A stretch of 64,000 bases of DNA from positions 59,118,430-59,182,429 of the forward strand of contig NC_090399.1 of assembly GCF_036365525.1 (NCBI RefSeq), given 5' to 3'. Both the position numbers and the translations under genes were made by a program. The notes beneath the pieces are model-generated. The model did no database searches. It was given only the letters and a program-made list of their open reading frames with translations, and was not told where the DNA came from. Shown here piece by piece: positions 12,391 to 25,000 of the stretch; position 1 is the stretch's first letter, and each line of letters starts with the position of its first letter. The stretch comes from Heterodontus francisci. Taxonomy: Eukaryota.

Positions 12391-13304
12391 GTAATCTAGT
12401 GGCGATTGTGATTCTGTCCCGTGGGAGATGCGGACTTTCTAAATGTATCACTCATTACCTGGTGGCCATGGCAGCGGCAGATCTATTCGTGATAATATTC
12501 GATGTAATATTTTATGAGATTAATGACATGTATTTCTCATATTCGTTCTTGGATTACACTCCCGTTTGCAGTCTCAATATCGCCTTGGTTTTTGCAGCCA
12601 TTGATTGCTCTGTCTGGTTAACTGTTGCTTTCACTTTTGATCGATTCATTGCCATTTGTTGCCAGAGATTGAGAGTAAGATATTGCACTGAAAGAACCGC
12701 AGCCATAGTTACAGTGGCTGTGTTTGGACTGAGTTTTGTAGAAAATATTCCAATTTACTTTGAAAACGAACACTTGGAAATTATTGACAACATTGCGTGG
12801 TTCTGCAATGTAAAATCAAGCCTGTCTAATTTGCCTATATGGGTAGCATACTTCTTCTTTGACATTACATTAACACCCTTTGCACCATTTGTGCTGATTG
12901 TGTTACTCAATGCTGTAACCATCAGGTACATTATGCGGGCCAATAGATTGAGAAGAGGATTCCGGAGAAATAACAATAATGAGAATCACAGTGATCCAGA
13001 GATGGAGAACCGAAGGAAATCGATCATATTACTGCTGGCCATTTCTAGCTGTTTTATACTGTTATGGATGGTAACTTTTGTACATTATGTATGTACACAA
13101 TTTGCAGGCATTCAGTTTATGCTCACAGATTATAATGATCCATTTGCCATTATGGAGCACACTGGATATATGCTTCAGTGTTTGAGTTCATGCACAAACA
13201 CATTTATCTATGCAGTAGCTCAGGCTAAATTTAGAGAGGAATTGAAGCATATTATTAAATATCCATTGACTCTAAGTTCGTGGCTTCAAAAAATTGAAAC
13301 TTAA
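12391..13304 (+). CDS. GPR139/GPR142-like class A GPCR, coding exon 2 (spliced product 327 aa, intact)
   Basis: Polypyrimidine tract ttctctttttcttgtAG; open frame NLVAIVILSRGRCGLSKC..AMAAADL..PVC..AFTFDRFIAIC..NTFIY..FREELK with 7 hydrophobic segments; 70+914=984 nt. Confidence 0.92.
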
Positions 13305-13734
13305 TGTCATCTAATCTCAGCCAACATAGATCACAATATATTCTCTAAATCCATAGATAATTATATAGCACTTTATCGCTGTAGTTCTCCCTCTTCCTGG
13401 CAGTCTCTCTCTACATATTAATGCGTAAGAAAACCAATTTAGTGATGGAATGTGTCACTTGACTGAAACCAGGCAGATTCCAATGGGGATAAAACATGTT
13501 TGGGGCAGAATGGCAGTATGAGTGATTGCAGATCGATGAGTTGTTTCAATATCTGTCTTATTTTACTTCCCATTGCATTCAATGATTGTAATATTTACAT
13601 TTGGTGATTGTGTCATACTGGTGATATGGCAGAGCAGGTGAGCTGTTATATTCCTCTCCTAATGTTCCTTTTCAAAGCGAGGGACAATCGGGAGAGGTGC
13701 CTAATGGTGGCTAATCCGAAATCACCCGTCTCCA

Positions 13735-15460
13735 AGGAACAGAAGTAGGCCATTCACTCCCTCGAGCTTGTTCAATGAGATCATGGCTGATCTGCAATCT
13801 AACTCTGCATACCTGTCTTTGCCTCATATCCTTTAATATCTTAGACTAACTAAAATCTATCAATCTCAGTTTTCAGTTTAACAATTGATCCAACATCAAT
13901 TGCTGTTTATGAAAGGGAGCTCCATACTTCTACCACTCTTTGTGTGAACAATTATTTCTTAATTTCATTCCTGAAAGATTTGGCTCTAATTTTTGATGAT
14001 AACGCCAAGTCTTAGACTCATCAACTATAACCAATCTCCCTTATCTGTTGCGTTAATGCCTTGGAAACTGTGATCTAACCACCGCTCACTCTTCCAAACT
14101 CCAAAGAATACAACCCTAGATTTTGTAATCTCTCCTTGTAATTTAGCCATTTAACATACAGGTATCATTCTGGTAAACCTACACTGTACTCCCTCCTATA
14201 TCCTTCTCAAGGTATGCTGCCCAGAACTGGTCACAGTAGTCCAGATGCAGTCTGAACAATGCTTTGTATAACTGAAGCATGACATCTACCTCCTCATACT
14301 GTATTCCTCTTAATATAAAAGTTAGCATTCTGGTAGACCTTTTGACTATTTTCTGGACCTGGTCCGAACACTATATGTCCCTGGACACCAAGTATCTCTG
14401 GACATGCACTGTTTATCTTTTTTCATCCTTTTGTTAGGTCCAAGTGGGATAATCTCACATTTGCCTATATTGGAATCCATTTTTCACACTTTTGTCCATT
14501 CAACTAATCAATGAATATCTCTTTGAAATTTTCAGCTTCCAGCTATACTGCTTACAATGCTGCCTATCTGTATGTCATTTTCAAAATTGGATAGGTTGTC
14601 TTCTATCCCAATTTCTAAGTCATGAATTAAAATAGTGAGGCCCCAACACAGATCCTTACCGGACCCCACTGGTCAAATCCTGCCAATTAGAGTGCATGCC
14701 TGTTATACCTACTCTCTGGCTCCTTCCATTCAGCCAATTTCCTAATGACATCAATGCTTTGTCTTCAATCCCATGACTTCAACTTTAGCTAATAGTCTCT
14801 TATGAGCGACTTCATTAAATGCCTTCTGGAAGTCCAGATAAATAACACCCATAGACATTCCCCTGTCAACTACTTTTGTCATATCTTCAAAACATTCCAT
14901 CAGATTCCTTAGGCATAATCTGTTCTTCACAAATCCCTGCAGGCCCTTTCTGATCAGCTAAAAATTTTCAAGGTGTTCATTCACCCCTATCCTTAGTTAT
15001 GGACTCCAGTATTTTTGGATAACAAATGATAGACTAACTGGTCGATAACCCTTTTTTTTTTCTCTGTCACATTGTTTAAATAGTGGAGTGACATGGGCAA
15101 TTTTGAATTCTAAACGATCATTCCAAATCACAAGATCTATAGAAAATGAGACTTCAGGCATCTGCAATGTCTTGTCCTATTTATTTTAAAGGCATGGAAT
15201 GGAAACCATTTAGTCCTGGGATTTATCCCTCTTTCGTGCCATGTATTTCTCCATCATTACTCACGTAATTTTGTTAAGTGTCTGTCCCTGATTCAATAAT
15301 AGTTTCCTTGAGATGGCTGGAATGCTGAATTCTTCCTCTACTGTAAATACTGAGGCCAACTAATTGTTCAACAGGTCTGCTATTTCCTTATTTTGATTGA
15401 CAACATCACCGTTTCCAAGGGACCCACATTGCTGTTGACCATCCTCTTTTTCCTAATTCA
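13735..15460 (-). mobile_element. Decayed CR1 LINE (RT plus 3' end)
   Basis: Tail aggaacagaagtaggccattca; reverse-complement RT motifs (ccccaacacagatcc, aatgccttctggaagtcca); no long ORF. Confidence 0.7.
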
Positions 15461-15554
15461 ATTTTTAGATGTTGTGTTGATTTTGAGATTCCTGCAAGTT
15501 TCTTTTCATATTCCTTTTTCGTGTGTCTCCTTCCATGTTTTGGTCACACGAAAT

Positions 15555-16062
15555 AACACCCCACTGGAAGTGGTTGGCGTATTCTGCTCCCTTGGGTCGA
15601 CGGTGAGGGACAATCTGTCCCTTGATGCAGAGCTCGATAAATGTGTTGGGAAAGCAGATACCACCTTTTGCCAACTTGTGAAATGCACATGGGATAACTC
15701 CAAACTGACTCTTAGGACCAAACTGATGTTTTTTAAGGTCTGTATTCTCATCACCTTGCTGTACGGCTGTGGAACATAGGTGACTTACAGCTACCAGGAA
15801 AGGAAACTCAATCATTTCCATCTTCACTGTCTGCAGCACTTTATGGGAGTATCCTGGAAGGATAAAATCACAAATGTTGACGGTCCTCTGAAAGGCAGAG
15901 CTCCCAAGTATGTTGTCACTAACCAAACAGAGGCAGCTCCAGTGCATCGGACATGTCTGCAAAATCGAAGATGGGCACATACCCAAGGACCTTCCGTACG
16001 GTGAGGCAGCCAGGACCAAACGACCAGTGGGGCGTCCAAAGTCCGCTTTAAGGATGCTTGCA
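15555..16062 (+). mobile_element. RTE LINE C-terminal fragment
   Basis: LEVV..F.SLGSTV.DNLSLDAE, TLLYGCGT, IGHVCKIEDGHIPKDL.YGE..RPVGRPK; homologous to the RTE at 26528-29283. Confidence 0.8.
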
Positions 16063-17270
16063 AGAGAGAGGGAATCTGTGATCGCAGGAGCAGTGATTGT
16101 TGCAGAGATGGAATCTGTAATTTGAGGAGAATCGAGCACAGGAGAGATGGAATCTGTGATTGGAGGAGAATCGAGCACAGGAGAGAGGGAATCTGTGATT
16201 GAAAGAGCAACCAGCACAGGAGAGATGGAATCTGTGATTGGAGGAGAATCGAGCACAGGAGAGATGGAATCTGTGATTGGAGGAGAATCGAGCACAGGAG
16301 AGAGGGAATCTGTGATTGAAAGAGCAACCAGCACAGGAGAGATGGAATCTGTGATTGGAGGAGCAACTAGCACAGGAGAGATGGAATCTGTGATTGAAAG
16401 AGCAACTAGCACAGGAGAGATGGAATCTGTGATTGGAGGAGAATCGAGCACAGGAGAGATGGAATCTGTGATTGGAGGAGAATCGAGCACAGGAGAGATG
16501 GAATCTGTGATTGGAGGAGAATCGAGCACAGGAGAGATGGAATCTGTGATTGGAGGAGAATCGAGCACAGGAGAGATGGAATCTGTGATTGGAGGAGAAT
16601 CGAGCACAGGAGAGATGGAATCTGTGATTGGAGGAGAATCGAGCACAGGAGAGATGGAATCTGTAATTGAAAGAGCAACTAGCACAGGAGAGATGGAATC
16701 TGTGATTGGAGGAGAATCGAGCACAGGAGAGATGGAATCTGTGATTGAAAGAGCAACCAGCACAGGAGAGATGGAATCTGTGATTGGAGGAGAACGAGCA
16801 CAGGAGAGATGGAATCTGTGATTGAAAGAGCAACCAGCACAGGAGAGATGGAATCTGTGATTGGAGGAGAATCGAGCACAGGAGAGATGGAATCTGTGAT
16901 TGGAGGAGAACAAGCACAGGAGAGATGGAATCTGTGATTGGAGGAGAATCGAGCACAGGAGAGATGGAATCTGTGATTGGAGGAGAATCGAGCACAGGAG
17001 AGATGGAATCTATGATTGGAAGAGCAGTGAACACAGAAGAGAGGGCATCTGTGATTCGAAGTGCAGCGAGCGCAGACGCAAGGGAATCTGTGATTGGAGG
17101 ATCAGCGAGCATGGGGAGAGGGAATCTGTGATTGGAGGAGCAGCAGGTGTGGGTGGGAGGGAATCTGTTATTGGATGAGTAGCGAGGGAGAGAGGAAATC
17201 TGTGATTAGAGGAGCTGTGAGCACTTGAGAGAGTGAATCTGTAATTGGAGAAGCAGTGAGCATTAGAGAG
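16063..17270. repeat. 39-bp minisatellite, ~30 units
   Basis: Unit ggagagatggaatctgtgattggaggagaatcgagcaca alternating with a gaaagagcaaccagcaca variant; degenerate at both edges. Confidence 0.95.
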
Positions 17271-17584
17271 AGGGTATGTTCAGGGAGCGGAGAGGAACTG
17301 AACCTGCGAGGAACACTTGACATTGGGACAGGAGCTTCAGAGTTGGCGTGTCGCTGACTGAGTTTGAAAAAGGAATCAAACAGTGGCATGACAGGAAAGC
17401 TGTAAGGTGATTGGTTAGCGAGTAACTGCTGTTCCGGAGCATCTGTAATTAGCTGGGTTACTACACTACTGTTAGTGTGCATGTGTTAATAGCTGGAAAT
17501 TAGGAAAACATTAAACAAATTAAGTAGCTACCTTATAATTAATTCTGAGAGTAATTCTCCCTTCTACGGGAAATTATTGGAGCA

Positions 17585-20500
17585 TATAAAAACGGTAATA
17601 TATTAATTGTGGGGGACTTTAATCTGCATATAGACTGGGACAATCAAACTGGCAACAGTGGTCTAGAAGATGAATTTGTAGAATGCTTTTGTGACAGTTT
17701 CTTGGAGCAATACATTGCAGAACCGACTCGGGATAAAACTATCTTAAATCTCATATTGTGAAATGAAGCAGGGTTAATACGCAATGTCATAGTAAAAGAT
17801 CCACTGTGAAATAATGATCATAATACCATTGAATTTCATGTTAAGTTTGAAAGTGACACATTTCAATCACAAACAAGAATCTTAAACTTAAACAAAGCCA
17901 ATTACGAAGGTATGAGGGGAGAATTGGCTATGGTTAATTGGGTAAATAGACTGCAAGATATGGTGGTAAACGAACAGTAAGAAACATTAAAAGAAACATT
18001 ACAAAAGGGTTCAACAACAGTACATTCTATTCAAAAACAAAAACTTGCCCAGAGAGACCCATCTGTGGCTCACTAAGGAGAGTATTAGACTGAAAGAAAA
18101 GGCTTACAATGTTGCAAAAAAATTGTAGCAAGTCTGAGGATCGGGAATGTTTTAGAAACCAGCAAACAGCCATCAAAAAGTTGATAAAAAGGGAAAAAAT
18201 AGAATGAGAGTAAACTAACCAGCAATATAAAAACAGATTGTAATAGCGTTTATAAGTAAATAAAAAGGAAGAGAGTAGCTAAAGTAGACATTGGTCCCTT
18301 AGAGGCAGTGGTAGGAGAAATCATCATGGAGAATGAAGAAATGGCAGAGACATCGAACAAATATTTTGTGTCTGTCTTCACAGCGGAAGTCACAAGTTCC
18401 ATATCAGAACTAGGCAGTAACCTAGGGGCTAAATAGAGTGAGGAAATTAAGGATATTAAATACAGCCGAGAAAAAGTATTGGAGAAACTTGAAGGATGAA
18501 AATCTGACAAGTCACTGGGGCCAGATGGCCTACATCTCGGGTTCGAAAAGAAATAACTGCAGAGATAGTAGATGCAATGGCAATGATTTTCCAGAATTCC
18601 TTAGATTCAGGAATGGTCCCATCAGATTGGAAGTTGGAAAATGTTATGCTGCTTTTCAAGAAAGGAGGTAGAGAGAAAACGGGCTAACCTAACATCAGTC
18701 ATTGGGAAGATGCTGGAAACTATTATTAAAGAAGTCTTAACATTACACTTAGAAAAGCAGAGTATAATTTGAACACGTCAGCATGGTTTTTTTTTGAGAA
18801 CATTACAGCGCAGTACAGGCCCTTCGGCCCTCGATGTTGCGCCGACCTGTGAAACCATCTGACCTACACTATTCCATTTTCATCCATATGTCTATCCAAT
18901 GACCACTTAAATGCCCTTAAAGTTGGAGAGTCTACTACTGTTGCAGGCAGGGCGTTCCACGCCCCTACTACTCTCTGAGTAAAGAAACTACCTCTAACAT
19001 CTGTCCTATATCTATCACCCCTCAACTTAAAGCTATGTCCCCTCGTGTTTGCCATCACCATCCGAGGAAAAAGACTCTCACTATCCACCCTATCTAACCC
19101 TCTGATTATCTTATATGTCTCTATTAAGTCACCTCTCCTCCTCCTTCTCTCCAACGAAAACAACCTCAAGTCTCTCAGCCTTTCCTCGTAAGACCTTCCC
19201 TCCATACCAGGCAACATCCTAGTAAATCTCCTCTGCACCCTTTCCAAAGCTTCCACATCCTTCCTATAATGAGGTGACCAGAACTGCACGCAATACTCCA
19301 GGTGCGGTCTCACCAGAGTTTTGTACAGCTGCAGCATGACCTCGTGGCTCCGAAACTCGATCCCCCTACTAATAAAAGCTAACACACCATATGCCTTCTT
19401 AACAGCCCTATTAACCTGGGTAGCAACTTTCAGGGATTTATGTACCTGGGCACCAAGATCTCTCTATTCATCTGCACTACCAAGAATCTTCCCATTAGCC
19501 CAGTACTCTGCATTCCTGTTACTCCTTCCAAAGTGAATCACCTCACACTTTTCCGCATTAAACTCCATTTGCCATCTCTCAGCCCAGCTCTGCAGCCTAT
19601 CTATGTCCCTCTGTACCCTACAACATCCTTCGGCACTACCCACAACTCCACCGACCTTCGTGTCATCCGCAAATTTACTAACCCACCCTTCTGCACCCTC
19701 TTCCAGGTCATTTATAAAAATGACAAACAGCAGTGGCCCCAAAACAGATCCTTGCGGTACACCACTAGTAACTAAACTCCAGGATGAACATTTGCCATCA
19801 ACCACCACCCTCTGTCTTCTTTCAGCGAGCCAATTTCTGATCCAAAGCTCTAAATCACCTTCAGCCCCATACTTCCATATTTTCTGCAATAGCCTACCGT
19901 GGGGAACCTTATCAAACGCCTTACTGAAATCCATATACACCACATCCACTGCTTTACCCTCATCCACCTGTTTGGTCACCTTCTCGAAAAACTCAATAAG
20001 GTTTGTGAGGCACGACCTACCCTTCACAAAACCGTGCTGACTATCGCTAATGAACTTGTTCTTTTCAAGATGATTATAAATCCTGTCTCTTATAACCTTT
20101 TCCAACATTTTACCCACAACCGAAGTAAGGCCCACAGGTCTATAATTACCAGGGCTGTCTCTACTCCCCTTCTTGAACAAGGGGACAACATTTGCTATCC
20201 TCCAGTCTTCCGGCACTATTCCTGTCGACAATGACGACATAAAGATCAAGGACAAAGGCTCTGCAATCTCCTCCCTGGCTTCCCAGAGAATCCTAGGATA
20301 AATCCCATCCAGCCCGGGGGACTTATCTATTTTCACACTTTCCAAAATTGCTAACACCTCCTCCTTGTGAACCTCAATCCCATCTAGCCTAGTAGTCTGA
20401 ATCTCAGTATTCTCCTCGACAACATTTTCTTTCTCTACTGTAAATACTGACGAAAAATATTCATTTAACGCTTCCCCTATCTGCTCTGATTCCACACACA

Positions 20501-21880
20501 ACTTCCCACTACTATCCTTGATTGGCCCTAATCTAACTCTAGTCATTCTTTTATTCCTGATATACCGATAGAAAGCCTTAGGGTTTTCCTTGATCCTATC
20601 CGCCAATGACTTCTCGTGTCCTCTCCTTGCTCTTCTTAGCTCTCCCTTTAGATCCTTCCTGGCTAGCTTGTAACTCTCAAGTGCCCTAACTGAGCCTTCA
20701 CGTCTCATCTTAACATCAGCCTTCTTCTTCCTCTTGACAAGCGCTTCAACTTCTTTAGTAAACCACGGCTCCCTCGCTCGACAAATTCCTCCCTGCCTGA
20801 CAGGTACATACTTATCAAGGACACGCAGTAGCTGCTCCTTGAATAAGCTCCACATTTCGATTGTTCCCATCCCCTGCAGTTTCCTTCCCCATCCTACGCA
20901 TCCTAAATCTTGCCTAATCGCATCATAATTTCCTTTCCCCCAGCTATAATTCTTGCCCTGCGGTATATACCTGTCCCTGCCCATCGCTAAGGTAAACCTA
21001 ACCGAATTGTGATCATTATCACTATTACTAAAGGGAGTTCCTGTTTGACAAATTTATTCAAGTTTTTTGAGGATGGAACCAGTAGGATAGATAAAGGGGA
21101 ACCAGTAAATGTAGTATACCTAGATTTTCTAAAGGTGCCACAAAGAAGATTAATAGGCAAGAGAATGGCTCATGGAGTTGGGGATAATATATCAGAGTGG
21201 ATAGAGGATCGATTAACAGACAGGAAGCAGAGAATGGGCATAAATGGGGCATTTTCAAGTTGACAGCCAGTTAATAGTGGAGTGCTGGAAGGATCAGTGC
21301 TGGAAGGCCTCTGCTGTTTACACTCTTGGAATGCATCTAAGTTTGCTGATGATACAAAGCTCGGTGGAAAGGTAAGCTACAAGGAGGATTTAGAGAGGCA
21401 GAAGAGAGATATAGAAAGATTAAGTGAGTGGGCAACAAGATAGCAAATGGAGTATAATGTAGGGAAGTCTGAAGTTCTTCACTTTGGTCGTAAAAATAGA
21501 AAAGCAGAATATTTTTTAAAAGGCGTAAAACTAATAAGTGTTACTGTTCAGAGAGACTTGTGGGTACTCGTACAAGGAACACACAAAGTTGACATGCAGG
21601 TGCAGCAGACTATTAGGAAGGCAAATGGCATATTGGCCTTAATTGCAAGGGGTTTGGAGTACAGGAATAAAGAAGCCTTATTAAAATTTTACAGGGCTTT
21701 GGTGAGACCGCACCTGGAATACTGTGTGCAGTTTTGGTCTCCACATTTAAGGAAGGATATACTTGCACTGAAGGCAGTCCAGCGAAGATTTACTGGATTG
21801 GTCCCTGGGATGAGGGGGTTGTCCATTGATGAGAGGCTGAGTAAATTGAGCCTATATTCTCTGGAGTTTAGAAGAATGAA
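17585..21880 (+). mobile_element. Decayed CR1 ORF2 (host of the 18791-21025 insertion)
   Basis: IVGDFNLHIDW endonuclease motif; QHGF|TKG.SCLTNL split by the insertion; LVRPHLEYCVQFWSP; ends abruptly at ~21880. Confidence 0.8.
18791..21025 (-). mobile_element. Young 5'-truncated CR1 LINE, ~2.2 kb
   Basis: 506-aa ORF (19464..20984) with a full RT (SQHGFVKGRSCLTNL, DFSKAFD, GVPQGSVLGP, FADD) plus a 173-aa C-terminal ORF; one frameshift. Confidence 0.95.
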
Positions 21881-22509
21881 AGGCAGCTCAGCCATGTGGA
21901 ATGTACAATCTGTGACATGTGGGAAATTGTGAGTCACGGATGCTTCCCATGGAAGATGACCATGTGTGTAGAATGTATCACCAGCTGAAGAAACTTGAGC
22001 TCCGGGTTTCAGAACTTGAGCGACGGTTGGCGTCACTGTGGCATGTTTATGAGGCTGAGAACTATGTGGAAAACATGTTTAGAGAGGTGGTCACACTACA
22101 GGTTAAGACAGTGCAGGCAGAGAGGGATTGGGTGACCACCAGACAGTCTCGGAGGACCAGGCAGGTAATGCAGGAGTTCCCTGGGTCCATCTTGCTCACT
22201 AACCGGTTTTCCATTTTGGATGCTGATGAGGGCGATATTTCTTCAGAAAAGTGCAGCCAGAGCCAAATCCGTGGCACCACAAGTAGCTCCGCTGCACAGG
22301 AGGGGAGGAAGAAGAGTGGAAGAGCAATGGTGCTAGGAAATTCAATAGTTAAGGGAACGGACTGGCGTTTCTGTGGCCATAGATGTGAATCCAGAATGGT
22401 ATGTTTCCTCCCTGGTGTCAGGGTCAAAGAGGTCACTGTGCGGCTGCAGGACATTCCAATGGGGGAGGGTGAACAGCCCGATGTCATGGTCCACATCAGT
22501 ACCAATACA

Positions 22510-22842
22510 CAGTGGCGCAGTGGTTAGCACCGCAGCCTCACAGCTCCAGCGACCCGGGTTCAATTCTGGGTACTGCCTGTGTGGAGTTTGCAAGTTCTCC
22601 CTGTGTCTGCGTGGGTTTCCTCCGGGTGCTCCGGTTTCCTCCCACAGCCAAAAGACTTGCAGGTTGATAGGTGAATTGGCCATTATAAATTGCCCCTAGT
22701 AGAGGTAGGTGGTAGGGAAATATAGGAACAGGTGGGGATGTGGTAGGAATATGGGATTAGTGTAGGATTAGTATAAATGGGTGGTTGATCGTCGGCACAG
22801 ACTCGGTGGGCCGAAGGGCCTGTTTCAGTGCTGTATCTCTAA
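22510..22842 (+). mobile_element. tRNA-derived V-SINE (HE1-like), full length
   Basis: A box tggcgcagtgg, B box ggttcaattc, V-domain ctgcgtgggtttcctccgggtgctccggtttcctccc, CR1-like tail gggccgaagggcctgtt. Confidence 0.88.
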
Positions 22843-22964
22843 ACATAGGTAGAAAGAGGGATGAGGTCCTGAAAGCAGATATCAGAGAGCTAGGAAAGAG
22901 ATCAAAAACTAGGACTTCAAAGGTAGTAGTTTCAAGATTACTCCTGGTGCCATGTGCTAGTGAT

Positions 22965-23320
22965 TAAAGCATAGCTACCTGACCTGAAGCCGACCAGACC
23001 CGATGACATGTGTTGGGATCAGGTCAGGTCTCTCTTCTGGGTCCGGCATTCGGGCTCGGGTCGGGTCGGGCTGGACGCAGATACAGTGTTACCTTGCTCA
23101 GGGAGGGAACTTCTGCATGATTCTGCAGAATTTGCAGAATCACAACATTTGGACAAGGTATGTTTGATATAATTAAGTTTATTACGGTAGTTGGGTCGGG
23201 TCGGGTTGGGTCGGGCGCGGAGAAAACAATCCAAGGACTCGGGCCCGGGTTGGGTTCGGGTTGGATGTGATCGGGTCAGGCTCGGGTCGGGTTTCAATTT
23301 CATACCCGAGCAGGCCTTTA
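22965..23320. mobile_element. Non-autonomous hAT-type DNA transposon, 356 bp
   Basis: 8-bp TSD ctagtgat/ctagtgag (22957-22964, 23321-23328); termini TAAAG...CTTTA; many subterminal TCGGG/CCCGA motifs. Confidence 0.8.
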
Positions 23321-24554
23321 CTAGTGAGTACGGAAATCGGAGGATAGTGCAAATGATCGCATAGCTGGAGAGATGGTGCAGGAGGGAGGACTTTAGATTT
23401 CTGAGGCATTGGGGCCGGTTCTGGAGCAGGTGGGACCTGCACAAGGAGGACAGGTTACACATTAGCAGGGCCAGAACCAATATCCTCGCAGAGTGATTTG
23501 CTAATGCTGTTGGGGAGGGTTTAAACTAGCTTGGCTGGGGGATGTGAACCCGAGAGGAATTTCAGATAGAGAAACAAAGCTGCTAATGATAGGAAGAAAA
23601 GTAGTGCATGAAATTGGAAGGCAGCAGAAACAAAGGCCAGCATCATGTAGAGCCAAAATACAGAAACATGTCAAAAAGGCACTCGATCTGAATGTGCATA
23701 TTATTCACAACAAGGTAGATGAATTGATGGCACAAAGAGAATTGAATGATCTAATTACCTTTACAGAGACATGGCTGCAGGATGACCAAAGCTGGGAACT
23801 GAATATTCAAAGGTATTTGACATTTGGGAAGGATAGGCAAAAAGGGAAAGGAGGTGGGTAGCGTTGTTAATAAAGGATGAGATCAGTACATTAGTAAGAG
23901 AGGATCTTGGATCAGAAGTTCAAGATGTGGAATCAGTTTAGGTGGAGCTAAGAAACAGCTGGGGGCAGCAAACATTGGTGGGATTTGTTTAGATGCCACC
24001 AAACGTAGTAACGTAGGACACAGTACAAATCGGGAAATTAGAGGTGCATGTAACAAGAGTAATACAGTAATCATGGGGTCTGCAATATATATATAGACTC
24101 AGTAAACTGAATGCCGTGGAGGACGAATAAATGGAAAATATACAAGATGTTTTTCTAGAACAGTATGTTGAGGAACCAACTAGAGTTTGGGCTATTTTAG
24201 ATCTAGTATTATACAATGAGAAAGGGCTAATTAATAGTCTCATTGCAGAGGAGCCTTTAGGGAAGAATGACCATAATGTGATAGAATTTTACATTGCGAT
24301 TGAAAATGATGTAGCTCAATCTGAATCTAAGGTTTTAAATCTAAACAAAGGAAACGATGATGATATGAGGGGCAAGTTGGGCTGTGGTAGATTGGGAAAC
24401 TACATTAAAAAGTATGACTGTCGAAAGGCAATGGCTAGCATTTAAAGAATTAATACATGGTTTACAATAAATATGCATTCCTTTCAGGCACAAAAACCCA
24501 AGAGAAAAAATGATGCAACTGTGACTAACGAGACTTTAAAGATTGTGTTAGATT

Positions 24555-24896
24555 TATTTAGAGATACAGCACTGAAACAGGCCCTTTGGCCCACCGAGTC
24601 TGTGCCGACCATCAACCACCCATTTATACTAATCCGACATTAATCCCATATTCCTATTACATCCCCACCTGTCCCTATATTTCCCTACCACCTACCTATA
24701 CTAGGGGAAATTTATAATGGCCAATTTACCTATCAACCTGCAAGTCTTTGGCATGTGGGAGGAAACCGGAACACCCGGAGACAACCCACACAGACACAGG
24801 GAGAACTTGCAAACTCCGCACAGGCAGTACCCAGAATTGAACCCGGGTCCCTGGAGCTGTGAATCTGCGGTGCTAACCACTGCACCACTGTGCCGC
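24555..24896 (-). mobile_element. V-SINE (HE1-like), full length
   Basis: Reverse complement of 22510-22842. Confidence 0.88.
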
Positions 24897-25000
24897 TTAA
24901 AGGAGGGGGCTTATAAAGTTACCAAAAAGTAGAAATCCTGAGGATTTGCAGCATTTTAGAATTCAGCAAAGGAGGATTAAGATACTGATAAAGAAAGGGA

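Noticed and set aside
15465-17178. Mucin-like repeat ORFs (PPITDSISPVLDS / MESVIGGESSTGE)
   Set aside because: 39-bp minisatellite is open in several frames and fused to an RTE remnant
22510-22580. tRNA gene
   Set aside because: tRNA-derived SINE head continuing into a V-domain and LINE tail
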